A stretch of 64,000 nt of DNA from contig DATEIR010000120.1 in NCBI GenBank assembly GCA_035278885.1, positions 8,156 to 72,155 on the forward strand. Reading direction: 5' to 3'. Within the stretch, counting starts at the first letter, position 1, and the number at the start of each line of letters is the position of its first letter. This document shows positions 1-12,210 of this stretch, piece by piece. Made by a program: the position numbers and the translations under genes. Under the pieces are notes generated by a model that searched no databases, was not told where the DNA came from, and saw only the letters and a list, made by a program, of their open reading frames with translations. The stretch comes from Gemmatimonadales bacterium (lineage in GTDB: Bacteria; Gemmatimonadota; Gemmatimonadetes; Gemmatimonadales; GWC2-71-9).

Positions 1-135
1 CTCCAGCGCTTCCGCGCCGGTGGCCGCTTCGCCGACGACGGCGAACCCCGGCTCTCCCTCCAGCACGTGCCGGATACCGGTCCGGACGATGGCGTGGTCG
101 TCGGCGACGAGGACCCGGATGACGGGTTCGCTCAC
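1..135 (-). CDS. NarL/LuxR-type response regulator, N-terminal receiver fragment (gene continues past the left edge)
   Basis: Reverse-strand translation from GTG at 135 gives VSEPVIRVLVADDHAIVRTGIRHVLEGEPGFAVVGEAATGAEALE, a receiver beta1 with the DD motif. The GTG overlaps the kinase stop (GTGA, 132-135). Confidence 0.75.
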   Translation of the reverse strand, partial: MSEPVIRVLVADDHAIVRTGIRHVLEGEPGFAVVGEAATGAEALE

Positions 136-1892
136 GACTGCGGCCCCCCACCGACCGGGACGCTGACCTCGACCAGCGCACCTCCGCCGGAGGGGCCCTG
201 GGTCCGGACGCTCCCGCCGAGCGCGCCGATACGCTCCCGCATGCCGGCCAGGCCCATGTGCCCTCGGCGCTCGTAGGCGTCCAATGGCTCGGCCGGAAAT
301 CCGCGGCCGTCGTCCCGTACTCGAAGCAGGACCCGCCCCGCGCCCGCCGACAGGTCGATCTCCACGGCCGTCGCCTCCGCGTGCCGGGCGACGTTGGCCA
401 GCGCTTCCTGCAGCGCCCGGAACAGAGCCAGCTCCGCCGGGTCGGAGAGCTCGGGCAACGACGCAGGGGCCGCAAACGTTGCACGGATGCCGCTCCGCTC
501 GGCGAACTCGGCGGCGAGTGATCGCAGCGCGGGCAGGAGCCCGAGGTCGTCGAGCAGCGAGGGACGCAGGTCGTTGGTGACGTTCCGGATGCTCCGGATA
601 CCCGCGTCGATCAGGCCGAGGACCTGATCGAGCCGGGGCTGCTCCGCCTGGGCGATCCCCTCGCGGAGCAGGCCCAGCTCCATCTTCACGGCGGAGAAGA
701 CCTGCGCGGTCTCGTCGTGCAGCTCGCGGGAGAGCCGGCGACGCTCGGCCTCGTGCTGCTCCACCATGCGGGCGGAGAGCCGGGTCAGCTCCGCGGTCCG
801 CGTCTCCAGCCGGCGATACAGGTCGGTCTGCGCCAGCGCGGAGCCGACCTGCTGGCCAAGCGCCACCAGGAACGCGTCCCCCAGCGCGGTGAAGGGGTCC
901 CGCGCCTCACTCACCAGCACCAGCGCGCCGATCGGCGCCTGCTCCCGGAGGAGCGGGAGCACGGCGGCGTAGGGATAGGCGCTTGCCCCGGCGCCGCTCC
1001 AGCTGTCGCTCACCTGCGGACGGCCGCCGTCGAGCGCGCGCCCGAGCACCACCAGGGCCTTGGCGTCGGGCTCCGCGCCCCCCGCGCAGACACCCGCGCC
1101 CCGCACGAAGGTGGGGCGGCCCTCCTGCACGACGAACAGCGCGGTGCCACGCACGGCCGGCAGGGTCAGCGGACGCGAGAGCAGGGCGTCGAGCACATCC
1201 TCCTCCCGCCCGGCGCGCTGCAGATCGCCCGACAGGGCGCTGAGCGCGCCGAGGCCCCGCCGCTGATCATCGATCACCAGCAGCAGGATCCCGGCGCCGA
1301 TCGCCAGGCTGAAGACGATGTCGAGATAGTACCCCCACGGCGTCCAGGCGCCCCGGGCTCGGAGGAAGGGATAGTCGAGGTGATGCAATCCCCAGAGCAC
1401 GAAGGACACGGCCAGCACGGAAGCGCCGGTGGAGTCCACCCGCCGCCGGTAGCGGATGAACGCCCAGCCGGTTCCCAGCGTGGCCAGGCTCAGAAACAGC
1501 ACGGCGGGGCCCGCGGCCCAGATGAACTGGTCCAGCCGATAGATGGCGATATACGACCAGGCCGGCGGAAAGAGCACCAGGGCCAGGTACCACGGCCGCC
1601 AGCGGATGCCCTGGGCGAAGACCAGGGCGGCGTAGAGCAGCGCCAGCGCGGTCCAGCCGGTCACCACCTGGTGCCAGTAGAGCCAGATCCAGTCGCCGGA
1701 CAGGAGAAAGCTGCTGATGGCGCCGATCCGGACGACGTAGAGCGCCCAGGCCACGGCCCACCAGGCGAAGTACGGCTTGCGATAACGGTGAAACAGGAAG
1801 GCGCAGAGAGCCGCGAGCGCGGCGGTGAGCCCGGCCTGCAGGAGGGCCGCGTGCAGCTCCTCTGCGGCGGTGGCCGGCACCGGTGATTGCAT
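132..1892 (-). CDS. Membrane sensor histidine kinase (multi-TM N-terminus, GAF-like region, HisKA_3, HATPase_c)
   Basis: Track ORF 132..2132. ATG at 1892 (MQSPV...) chosen as start. Several hydrophobic helices, H-box LHDETAQVFSAVK, ATPase motifs DDGRGF and GHMGLAGMRERI. Confidence 0.9.
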   Translation of the reverse strand: MQSPVPATAAEELHAALLQAGLTAALAALCAFLFHRYRKPYFAWWAVAWALYVVRIGAISSFLLSGDWIWLYWHQVVTGWTALALLYAALVFAQGIRWRPWYLALVLFPPAWSYIAIYRLDQFIWAAGPAVLFLSLATLGTGWAFIRYRRRVDSTGASVLAVSFVLWGLHHLDYPFLRARGAWTPWGYYLDIVFSLAIGAGILLLVIDDQRRGLGALSALSGDLQRAGREEDVLDALLSRPLTLPAVRGTALFVVQEGRPTFVRGAGVCAGGAEPDAKALVVLGRALDGGRPQVSDSWSGAGASAYPYAAVLPLLREQAPIGALVLVSEARDPFTALGDAFLVALGQQVGSALAQTDLYRRLETRTAELTRLSARMVEQHEAERRRLSRELHDETAQVFSAVKMELGLLREGIAQAEQPRLDQVLGLIDAGIRSIRNVTNDLRPSLLDDLGLLPALRSLAAEFAERSGIRATFAAPASLPELSDPAELALFRALQEALANVARHAEATAVEIDLSAGAGRVLLRVRDDGRGFPAEPLDAYERRGHMGLAGMRERIGALGGSVRTQGPSGGGALVEVSVPVGGGPQS

Positions 1893-1974
1893 GCGCGAAA
1901 CAAACGCGGTACCGACGGGCGGCGCAACGCCGACGGCTCTCGACAGGCCGAGCGGCGCCGCGTACCGTTCCCGC

Positions 1975-3102
1975 GTGGCCGCTCCCCCTCCGACCTCGGC
2001 TCCCGTCGTCCAGCTGATCCACGTGTCCAAGACCTTCGGCGAGGTCAGGGCGGTGGATCGGGTGTCCCTCGAGATCCGGCGGGGCGAGTTCTTCTCCATC
2101 CTGGGGCCGTCGGGGTGCGGCAAGACCACCACCCTGCGCCTGCTCGCCGGTTTCGAGCAGCCCGACCCGGACGGCGGCGAGATCCGCCTGGTGGGCCGGC
2201 TGGTGAACGACCAGCGCCCCTACCAGCGCGGCATCGCGATGGTGTTCCAGAACTATGCCCTGTTCCCCCATCTCAGCGTCGAGCGCAACGTCGCCTTCGG
2301 CCTGGAGCAGCGGCGCTGTCCCTCGGCCGAGATCGGGGAGCGGGTCGCCCGCGCGCTGGCGATGGTACGCCTGGATGCGGCGACTTATCGGCGCCGGATG
2401 CCGGCCCAGCTCTCCGGCGGACAGCGGCAGCGCGTGGCCCTCGCGCGCGCCCTGGTGCTGGAGCCCGAGATCCTGCTGCTCGACGAGCCGCTCGGCGCCA
2501 TCGACCTCCAGCTTCGGAAGGAGATGCAGCTCGAGCTGAAGGCGCTGAACCAGCAGCTCGGGACCACGTTCGTCTACGTCACCCATGACCAGGAGGAGGC
2601 GCTCACCATGAGCGACCGGATCGCGGTCATGGATCACGCCCGGATCGCGCAGCTGGGCACGCCGGCCGAGATCTACGAGAGCCCGCGTACGGCGTTCGTC
2701 GCGCGCTTCATCGGGGCCTCCAACTTCGTGACCGGCGTCGCCCGTCGGCGCTCGGAGGGACGTTGGGAGGTGACCCGGCCCGACGGCGGTGGCTTCCGGG
2801 TCCCCGATCACCCGGGCATCCAGGAAGGCGGGGAGGTGCGGATCGCGGTGCGGCCCGAGTGGATGGATCTCTGGCGCCCGGCCGAGGCGCCTCCGGGCGA
2901 GAACGCGCTGCTCGGCGCGGTGCGGGAGGTGATCTACCGGGGAGAGACGCTCCACGTCCTGGTCGGACTTCCCGACGGGGAGGACGTGACGGTCGCGCTC
3001 CGCAACGAGGGGCAGCTCAGCAAGCCGCTCCCCTGGCGCCGCGGCGATCCCGTGGCGGTCGCCTGGCTTCCCGAGGACTGCCAGGTTCTGGAGGACGGGT
3101 GA
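1975..3102 (+). CDS. potA: Spermidine/putrescine-type ABC transporter ATP-binding protein
   Basis: Walker A GPSGCGKTT, signature LSGGQRQRVALARAL, Walker B LLLDEP, C-terminal TOBE-like tail. Start uncertain: GTG 1975 gives a PotA-like length, while ATG 1891 would overlap the divergent kinase start. Confidence 0.85.
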   Translation: MAAPPPTSAPVVQLIHVSKTFGEVRAVDRVSLEIRRGEFFSILGPSGCGKTTTLRLLAGFEQPDPDGGEIRLVGRLVNDQRPYQRGIAMVFQNYALFPHLSVERNVAFGLEQRRCPSAEIGERVARALAMVRLDAATYRRRMPAQLSGGQRQRVALARALVLEPEILLLDEPLGAIDLQLRKEMQLELKALNQQLGTTFVYVTHDQEEALTMSDRIAVMDHARIAQLGTPAEIYESPRTAFVARFIGASNFVTGVARRRSEGRWEVTRPDGGGFRVPDHPGIQEGGEVRIAVRPEWMDLWRPAEAPPGENALLGAVREVIYRGETLHVLVGLPDGEDVTVALRNEGQLSKPLPWRRGDPVAVAWLPEDCQVLEDG

Positions 3103-3107
3103 GCGGC

Positions 3108-3983
3108 ATGCGTCGGCGGGTGCTGGGCTGGCTTGAGGCTCGCGCCGCGGCCAAGGCCTGGGCCTTGCTGGGACCGGGCCTGCTCTGGCTCCTGCTCTTC
3201 TTCCTCGTCCCGCTGCTCATCATGGCCGCGTACAGCCTCATGCCGCGGGGGACCTACGGCGGGGTGGAGACCGGCTTCACCCTGGAGCACTACCGCCGCT
3301 TCTTCGATCCGCTCTACCTGGCCATTCTCCGGCGCACGGTCGGGTGGTCGCTCGGCTGCACCGTGGTGTGCCTCCTCCTGGGGTATCCGGTGGCGTATCT
3401 GGTCGCCCGGGCGGGGCGGTGGCGAGGGGTGCTGCTCTTCCTGGTGGTGCTTCCATTCTGGACCAGTTTCCTGGTCCGCACCTTCGCCCTGATCTTTCTG
3501 CTCCGTGACGGCGGCCTGGTGAACACGCTGCTGCTGCGCCTCGGCCTGATCGAGGCTCCGCTCACGCTGCTCTACACGCCCTTCGCGGTGCTGCTGGGCC
3601 TGGTGTATGGGTTCCTGCCGTTCATGATCCTGCCGATCTACGCCTCGCTGGAAAAACTGGATCCGACGCTGCTCGAGGCCGCGGAAACGCTGGGCGCGAC
3701 ACCGGTGGCGCGGTTCCGGCGAATCACCCTGCCGCTCTCCCTGCCCGGCGTGGTGGCGGGATGTTTTCTCGTCTTCATCCCGGCGACGGGCTCCTTTCTC
3801 ACGTCCGACCTGCTCGGCGGAGCCAAGGAGCTCATGATCGGGAACCTGATTCAGAACCAGTTCGCCGCCGCCCGCAACTGGCCGTTCGGCTCGGCGGCGT
3901 CGTTCGTGGTCACGGCGCTGGTCCTGGTGGCGGTCGCGGCGTATCTCCGCGTGCGCGACCGGGCGGCGGACCAGGCGGCGTGA
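3108..3983 (+). CDS. potB: Polyamine ABC transporter permease
   Basis: ATG 3108 (MRRRVLGW...). Six hydrophobic segments and an EAA-loop-like LEAAETLGATPVARFRRITLP. Confidence 0.85.
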   Translation: MRRRVLGWLEARAAAKAWALLGPGLLWLLLFFLVPLLIMAAYSLMPRGTYGGVETGFTLEHYRRFFDPLYLAILRRTVGWSLGCTVVCLLLGYPVAYLVARAGRWRGVLLFLVVLPFWTSFLVRTFALIFLLRDGGLVNTLLLRLGLIEAPLTLLYTPFAVLLGLVYGFLPFMILPIYASLEKLDPTLLEAAETLGATPVARFRRITLPLSLPGVVAGCFLVFIPATGSFLTSDLLGGAKELMIGNLIQNQFAAARNWPFGSAASFVVTALVLVAVAAYLRVRDRAADQAA

Positions 3984-4759
3984 GCGTGCGCTCCCGGGCT
4001 CCCGCCTGGCTGGTGACCGTGGCCGCGCTGGTCTACGGCTTCCTCCACCTGCCGATCCTGATTCTGGTCGCGTTCTCGTTCAACGCCTCCAAGTTCTCGG
4101 CCGAGTGGCGGGGCTTCACCCTTCAGTGGTACCATCGCCTGCTCGAGCGGGCGGACGTGATCCAGGGACTCGAGATCAGCCTGGTCGTCGCCACGACGTC
4201 CACGGTCATCTCGGCGGCGCTCGGAACGCTGGTGGCGCTCGCGCTGGCGCGGCACCGGTTCCGCGGGCGGCGGGCGGTCGAAGCGTTCCTCTACGTGCCG
4301 ATCGTCACCCCCGAGATCGTGGTGGGGATCTCCTCCCTGCTGCTCTTCGCGCTGATCGGTCTGCCGCTCGGCGTCGGCACCATCATCCTCGCTCACGTGG
4401 CCTTCAGCCTGTCCTTCGTGGTGATCGTGGTCCGAGCCCGATTGGAGGGGATGGATGCCAGTCTGGAAGAGGCGGCGCTGATTCTCGGGGCCGACGAGAT
4501 CGCCACCTTCCGGCTGGTAACCCTGCCGCAGCTCTGGCCCGGCGTCGTGGCCGGCGCGCTGCTGGCATTCATCCTGAGCTTCGACGACTTCCTCATCACC
4601 TCGTTCGTGGCCGGCTCGGGATCGTCCACGCTGCCGATCGTGGTGTACGGGATGGCGCGGCGCAACGTGGAGCCGAGCATCAACGCCATCAGCACGATCA
4701 TCCTGGTAGTGACGACAGCCGTCCTCTACCTGGCCGAGCGAGTCACCCGGGAGGGGTGA
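3980..4759 (+). CDS. potC: Polyamine ABC transporter permease
   Basis: GTG 3980 overlaps the potB stop (GTGA). EAA loop LEEAALILGADEIATFRLVTLP. Confidence 0.85.
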   Translation: MSVRSRAPAWLVTVAALVYGFLHLPILILVAFSFNASKFSAEWRGFTLQWYHRLLERADVIQGLEISLVVATTSTVISAALGTLVALALARHRFRGRRAVEAFLYVPIVTPEIVVGISSLLLFALIGLPLGVGTIILAHVAFSLSFVVIVVRARLEGMDASLEEAALILGADEIATFRLVTLPQLWPGVVAGALLAFILSFDDFLITSFVAGSGSSTLPIVVYGMARRNVEPSINAISTIILVVTTAVLYLAERVTREG

Positions 4760-4762
4760 GCC

Positions 4763-5893
4763 ATGATGAGTGATTGCCCGGAGGAGCATGTGGATGCGGG
4801 GCGGATCTCCCGCCGCGAGTTCGTCGCGCGGGGACTGGAGATGGGGCTCGGGGCCGGGGCCATCGGCAGTCTGCTCGCGGCCTGCGGAGGTCGAGAGCAG
4901 GCGAGGCCCTCGACCCTGCAGGCCACGGCCGACCTGGGGCCGATCGAGCGGGAGCTCCACATCTACAACTGGTCGGACTACATCGCCGAAGACACCGTGG
5001 CGAACTTCGAGCGGGAGTTCGGTGTGCGGGTGACCTACGATACGTACGAGAGCAACGAGGAGATGATCGCCAAGCTCCAGGCGGGCGCCACGGGGTACGA
5101 CATCATCGTCCCGACGGGGTACGTGGTCCAGGCGCTCGTCGCGACCGGGCTGGTCGCGCCCCTCCATCGAAAGTATCTCACCAACTGGGGCAATCTGTCG
5201 CCCATCTTCCAGGACCTCCCCACCGATCCCGGTAATCTCCACACCGTCCCCTGGCAGTGGGGCACGTCGGGAATCGCGTACCGCCGCGACAAAGTGTCCG
5301 CCGTGGTGGACAGCTGGGCGGTGTTCTTCGACCGCCGGCTGAGTGGGCGGATGACCATGATGGACGACGCTCGCGAGGTGATCGGGGCCATGCTGCGCTA
5401 TCGGGGGCACTCGCTCAATTCGCTGGATCCCGCCGAGCTGGCCCGGGCCAAGCGGGACGCCATCGCCGCCAAGCCGCAGCTAAAGGCCTACATCTCGGCG
5501 CCGGTGAAGGGTCAGCTGGTCTCCGGAGACGTGTGGCTGGCCCAGCTCTGGAGCGGCGACACGATGCAGGCCCAGGCCGAGGAGCCCAATGTCGGCTACG
5601 TTCTGCCGAAGGAAGGCTGCACCATCTGGAACGACTCGCTCTGCATGCCGGCATCGGCGCAGCACCCGCGGGCGGCGCACGAATGGATGAACTACATCCT
5701 CCGTCCCGAGGTGGGCGCCGCGATCAGCCGCGCCACCGGATACGGCACCCCGAACGTTGCCGCGGCCAGGCTGCTGGAGCACCCAGTCACGTTTCCCACC
5801 GAGGAGGAGCTCAAGCGGCTGGAGTTCCCCACCGATCTCGGAGCCGCGACCGCCGCCTGGGATCAGATCTGGACCGAGATCAAATCCGCCTGA
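4763..5893 (+). CDS. potD: Polyamine (PotD/PotF-type) periplasmic substrate-binding lipoprotein
   Basis: Tat-like RREFV signal with lipobox LLAACGG. IYNWSDYIAEDTVANFEREFGVRVTYDTYESNEEM is typical of PotD/PotF. Confidence 0.85.
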   Translation: MMSDCPEEHVDAGRISRREFVARGLEMGLGAGAIGSLLAACGGREQARPSTLQATADLGPIERELHIYNWSDYIAEDTVANFEREFGVRVTYDTYESNEEMIAKLQAGATGYDIIVPTGYVVQALVATGLVAPLHRKYLTNWGNLSPIFQDLPTDPGNLHTVPWQWGTSGIAYRRDKVSAVVDSWAVFFDRRLSGRMTMMDDAREVIGAMLRYRGHSLNSLDPAELARAKRDAIAAKPQLKAYISAPVKGQLVSGDVWLAQLWSGDTMQAQAEEPNVGYVLPKEGCTIWNDSLCMPASAQHPRAAHEWMNYILRPEVGAAISRATGYGTPNVAAARLLEHPVTFPTEEELKRLEFPTDLGAATAAWDQIWTEIKSA

Positions 5894-5983
5894 CCGGCGG
5901 GTGACCTGGCTCACCGAAGCGCCTCCTGCCGCGGAGGGACATTGCGGGTCCGGGCCGCTCCCGGCCCGCACCAGGAGGAGCTC

Positions 5984-6253
5984 ATGAGTCTCGTCAAGGA
6001 TCCCGTTTGCGGCATGGAGGTCGATCCGGCCCGCGGCGCCGCTGCCAGCGGTACCCATCAGGGTGTCACCTACTACTTCTGCTCCAAGGCCTGCGCCGAC
6101 GCCTTTCGCGCCGATCCTTCGAAGTACGCCGACGCCGAGCGGCACGAGCCGCCGTATACCGCGACCGAGCATACGGCCGCGCCCAAATTCGGATCGGCCG
6201 GGAGCGGCGGCCTGGAGAACGAGCCCGGGCCCGAGCGCCACCTGCGCAAGTGA
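5984..6253 (+). CDS. YHS/TRASH-domain metal-binding protein
   Basis: Strong SD AGGAGG 6 nt upstream of ATG 5984. DPVCGMEVD...YYFCSKACADAF is the YHS signature. Confidence 0.75.
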   Translation: MSLVKDPVCGMEVDPARGAAASGTHQGVTYYFCSKACADAFRADPSKYADAERHEPPYTATEHTAAPKFGSAGSGGLENEPGPERHLRK

Positions 6254-6944
6254 AGCGGGCCGGCACCGGGTCGGCCGCGGATTTCCTGCCGCCGGTTTCC
6301 ACCCTGCCCGCGCTGCGCGAGGCGGCGGCCGGGTGCCGCGGCTGCGGACTGTATCGCTACGCCACCCAGACGGTGTTCGGCGAGGGTCCGCCCCGGGCCA
6401 GGCTGATGCTGGTCGGGGAGCAGCCTGGCGATCAGGAGGACCGGGCGGGTCATCCCTTCGTCGGACCCTCGGGACGGCTGCTGGATGAGGCGCTCACCGA
6501 GGCGGGGATCGACCGGGGCACGGTGTACGTCACCAACGCGGTCAAGCACTTCAAATTCGTGCGGCAGGAGCTGACCCGGCGGCGGCTGCACAAGAAGCCG
6601 GCGGCGGGAGAAGTGCGCGCCTGCCGGCCTTGGCTCGAGGAAGAGGTCAAGGTCATCCGGCCGGCGCTCATCGTGGCGCTGGGCAGCACCGCGGCCCAGT
6701 CGCTCCTGGGCCCTCAGTTCCGGGTCACCCGCGAGCGCGGGCATGTGGTGGAGTCGCCCGCCGGTCCGGTACTGGCCACGGTGCATCCATCGGCGATCCT
6801 CCGCGCGCCGAGCGAGACTCGCGCGGCCGACCAACGTGCGTTCGTACGCGATCTGACCGAAGCGGCGCGCTGGCTCGCCCGGGCCACCGCTCGTCGAGCG
6901 AGGCCTGGCGCGAGGCCGGCCCGGCGGTCGAGCACCTCCCTCCG

Positions 6945-6948
<4 letters not shown>
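6250..6948 (+). CDS. udgX: Family-4-like uracil-DNA glycosylase of the UdgX type
   Basis: GTG 6250 overlaps the YHS stop (GTGA). Motifs CRGCGLY, GEQPGDQED, VTNAVKHFKFVRQELTRRRLHKKP (counterpart of the KRRIH loop) and HPSAILR. Confidence 0.75.
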
Positions 6949-9635
<2,687 letters not shown>

Positions 9636-9741
9636 GGGGGTGCCGCAATGTACGGTCCGGCCGCTCGGGCGACCAATGCAGGATCGTGCTCCTGCCGGCG
9701 GGATGGTGCGCCGGGCTGCAGGTGTTGCAAAGTCGACCCGC

Positions 9742-11286
9742 ATGATCAAGATTGAATCGCACTCCCCCTTCCCAGCAGCGGAGGACGGCCGCGTGGACGC
9801 CACGGCGACCTTCATCAAGCGCTTCGGCGACCTGGTGACCCTGCTGCGGGTCGATCCAGGCAACGATGCTGCGCAAGATCTGGCGCTGTCCGCGGCGGCC
9901 GCGGCCGTGCAGACCGGTCCGATCGAGCTCGAGGCAGGCATCGCCTGGGCGCAGATTCCCGACGATATGCCGCTCAAGGCGCGCATGCTGGCGCGTCAGG
10001 TCGATCGGATCCGGATCGAGGCCGGCGCCGATCCCGACGAGCTGCAGGCGCTCGCCCGCGCTCTGGCGCACGATGTCACTCCGCTTCCCGGCACTCCCAA
10101 CATCACGGTCGAGCTGATCCGCCTGCTCGCCCCTCCTGAGCCGCCGCCGCCCGGGCCGGCCAGGCCGGATCCGGACGGCGGCGCCAGCCTACAGCACACC
10201 GTCCCGGACCGACGGGTCCCCACCGAGCGCCGCCAGGCCGAGGAGCGGCGGCGACAGCCGCACGGGCGGTTCCGCGGCACCGAGCGGCGGCGGGGTGCGG
10301 ACCGCCGAACCAGCGGCGAGCGGCGCCTCCATCTGGTGCGAGACCAGCAGGCCCAGATCGCCCGGCTTCGAGATGCGCTGGCCTGGGCCTCGCGCACTGA
10401 GGCCTGGGAAGAAGCGCTGCACGCGGCGCACGGTCTCGCCCGCCTGGCGCCGCGGGTCCCGGAGGTCGACCGGCGGATGCTCGGCATCGAGACGAGGCGC
10501 GGCCTGTCTCGATCGACGCTCGAGGGAATCATCGAGCTGGCGGAGCACGACCTGGCGCTACGTGCCAGCGCGGCGGAAGTGCTCCGCTGGGTCGGACTCG
10601 ACGCGGCGGAAGCGCTGCTCGACCGTCTGCGCCGCGGAGAGGCGCTCGGCGTGCGGGTGTTCGTCTACGACGTGCTCGGCGGGATGCCCGAGGCGTATCG
10701 GATGGTGCGGCCGATGCTGCGCAGCACCGACCCGCGCCAGGTCCGGCATGCCGCCGCCATCGTCGCGCGGCTGGGGCTTCCCGAGTCGGTCGGCCTGCTG
10801 GCCGCCCTGGTGGAGCATCCCGACGAGCTCGTCCGCGCCGCGGCCCTGCAGGCCCTGGGCGACCTCCACGGGGTGCCGGTCGTCCTTCCGTTGCGCGAAG
10901 GCCTGCGGCATTCCTCGGCCCGCACCCGGGCCGCCGCCGCACAGGCGGTGTCCGCCTGGCGCGGCGGGGAGCTGGCGGACTTGCTGATCAAGGCGGTCAA
11001 GGAGGAGCGGGACCGCGACACCTGGCAGAGCATGGTCGCCGCGCTGGGCTCGATCGGCAGCGCCGATGCCTGCGCCGCGCTGGGGGAGATTGCTCTGACC
11101 GGCCGGAGCCTGCTGCGGCGCACCGGATACAGCACCGGCCAGCGCCTCGCGGCGGTTGCCGCGCTGGGACTGGCCGGGAGCGCGCACGGGGTCGCGACTC
11201 TGCAGCGCCTGGCCCGGGACGGCGACGGCGCGGTGGGCTACGCCGCCGACCGGATGCTCAAGGCGGAGGGCCGCCGGGCCGGCTGA
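9742..11286 (+). CDS. HEAT-repeat protein with central Arg-rich linker
   Basis: GC3-rich frame. PBS-lyase/HEAT-like repeats (DELVRAAALQALGDL, ARTRAAAAQAVSAW, RLAAVAALGLAGS). An alternative in-frame ATG lies at 9703. Confidence 0.7.
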   Translation: MIKIESHSPFPAAEDGRVDATATFIKRFGDLVTLLRVDPGNDAAQDLALSAAAAAVQTGPIELEAGIAWAQIPDDMPLKARMLARQVDRIRIEAGADPDELQALARALAHDVTPLPGTPNITVELIRLLAPPEPPPPGPARPDPDGGASLQHTVPDRRVPTERRQAEERRRQPHGRFRGTERRRGADRRTSGERRLHLVRDQQAQIARLRDALAWASRTEAWEEALHAAHGLARLAPRVPEVDRRMLGIETRRGLSRSTLEGIIELAEHDLALRASAAEVLRWVGLDAAEALLDRLRRGEALGVRVFVYDVLGGMPEAYRMVRPMLRSTDPRQVRHAAAIVARLGLPESVGLLAALVEHPDELVRAAALQALGDLHGVPVVLPLREGLRHSSARTRAAAAQAVSAWRGGELADLLIKAVKEERDRDTWQSMVAALGSIGSADACAALGEIALTGRSLLRRTGYSTGQRLAAVAALGLAGSAHGVATLQRLARDGDGAVGYAADRMLKAEGRRAG

Positions 11287-11292
11287 GCCGCA

Positions 11293-11946
11293 TCAGCGGT
11301 GCACATCGAATCCGGCGACCAGCACGTCGAGGTTGTGGTTCACCCGAAGGCCCACACTCCCGTCCGCCGGCATGGTCTTGGCATCCGCCGAGTACACCTC
11401 CTGTCCGTTCACCAGGAAGCGGAACTTGGTCGGGTCCTGCTTGTGGTCCACCTCGAGCAGGTTGGCTCCGGTCTTCTTCACGGCGGCGCTGGTCACCCAG
11501 CCCTTGCTGACGTCGGTGGTCTTCTCTCCCTCCCTCCGCTTGATCAGGTAGCTCCCGTCCTGGCGAACCAGGAAGTAGGTGTACTGCTCTGCGGCGCCGT
11601 CGAGCGACTGGCCGCCGAAGAAGAGACCGTATCCTTCCGCGTGCGCCGAGGGCTTGGTCTGGGTGAACGTCGCCAGGGTGTGGAAGGGGCCTTTGCCGGC
11701 CTTGTCCGCCCGGTACAGGATGATGGCCGGCCCGGTCACCACGTGGAGGCCGCCCTGCTCCTGCTTGATCGATGCGCCGCTCGCATCGCCGCGATCGGCT
11801 CGGACCGACCATCCCGCCGGTACGGCGCCGCCTCCCGGGGCGGCGTGATCGGGGTCGCTGTGCGAATGGGCCGCGCTGTCCTGCTGGGCGGCCAGCGGAA
11901 GCGCGAGAGCCGCGAGGAGCACGGCGGTGGAAAGCGATGCGCGCAT
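11293..11946 (-). CDS. Secreted hypothetical protein, possibly concanavalin/LamG-like (DUF1080-like) fold
   Basis: ATG 11946. Signal peptide MRASLSTAVLLAALALPLAAQ. Family assignment is tentative. Confidence 0.6.
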   Translation of the reverse strand: MRASLSTAVLLAALALPLAAQQDSAAHSHSDPDHAAPGGGAVPAGWSVRADRGDASGASIKQEQGGLHVVTGPAIILYRADKAGKGPFHTLATFTQTKPSAHAEGYGLFFGGQSLDGAAEQYTYFLVRQDGSYLIKRREGEKTTDVSKGWVTSAAVKKTGANLLEVDHKQDPTKFRFLVNGQEVYSADAKTMPADGSVGLRVNHNLDVLVAGFDVHR

Positions 11947-12042
11947 GGGTGCCTCGTTCGGGTGAGCCAACGGGTTGCGGGACAGAAGGTCGGAAGCTAA
12001 CCTACGGCCTTCCACGACGCGGACGCATCATCGGAGGGCGCG

Positions 12043-12210
12043 ATGTACTGGATCGGCGTGCTGCTCGCCACCATCGGCGCGGGTCTGATTCTCAGTGCAC
12101 TGACGTTCGTCTCGACGCTCATCGGGGTGCTGGTCAACGCGATGATCGTGCTCATGGCCGGACCGCTGATCGACCGCGCGCTCGCCCGCCGAGAAGGCTC
12201 CCGGAGCTAG
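12043..12210 (+). CDS. Small (55 aa) two-helix membrane protein, below the ORF-track cutoff
   Basis: SD GGAGGG 6 nt upstream of ATG 12043. GC3-rich codons. Product MYWIGVLLATIGAGLILSALTFVSTLIGVLVNAMIVLMAGPLIDRALARREGSRS. Confidence 0.55.
   Translation: MYWIGVLLATIGAGLILSALTFVSTLIGVLVNAMIVLMAGPLIDRALARREGSRS

Noticed and set aside
1890-1893. CATG in which the kinase ATG (minus) and a potA ATG (plus) overlap. The same arrangement occurs at 28325-28328 for yhaM-like and REC-Fis. These could be read as genuinely overlapping divergent starts.
   Set aside because: This is more likely a start-codon assignment artefact. potA has an in-frame GTG at 1975 that gives a canonical length. The yhaM-like gene has in-frame GTGs at 28294 and 28270 upstream of its OB fold.
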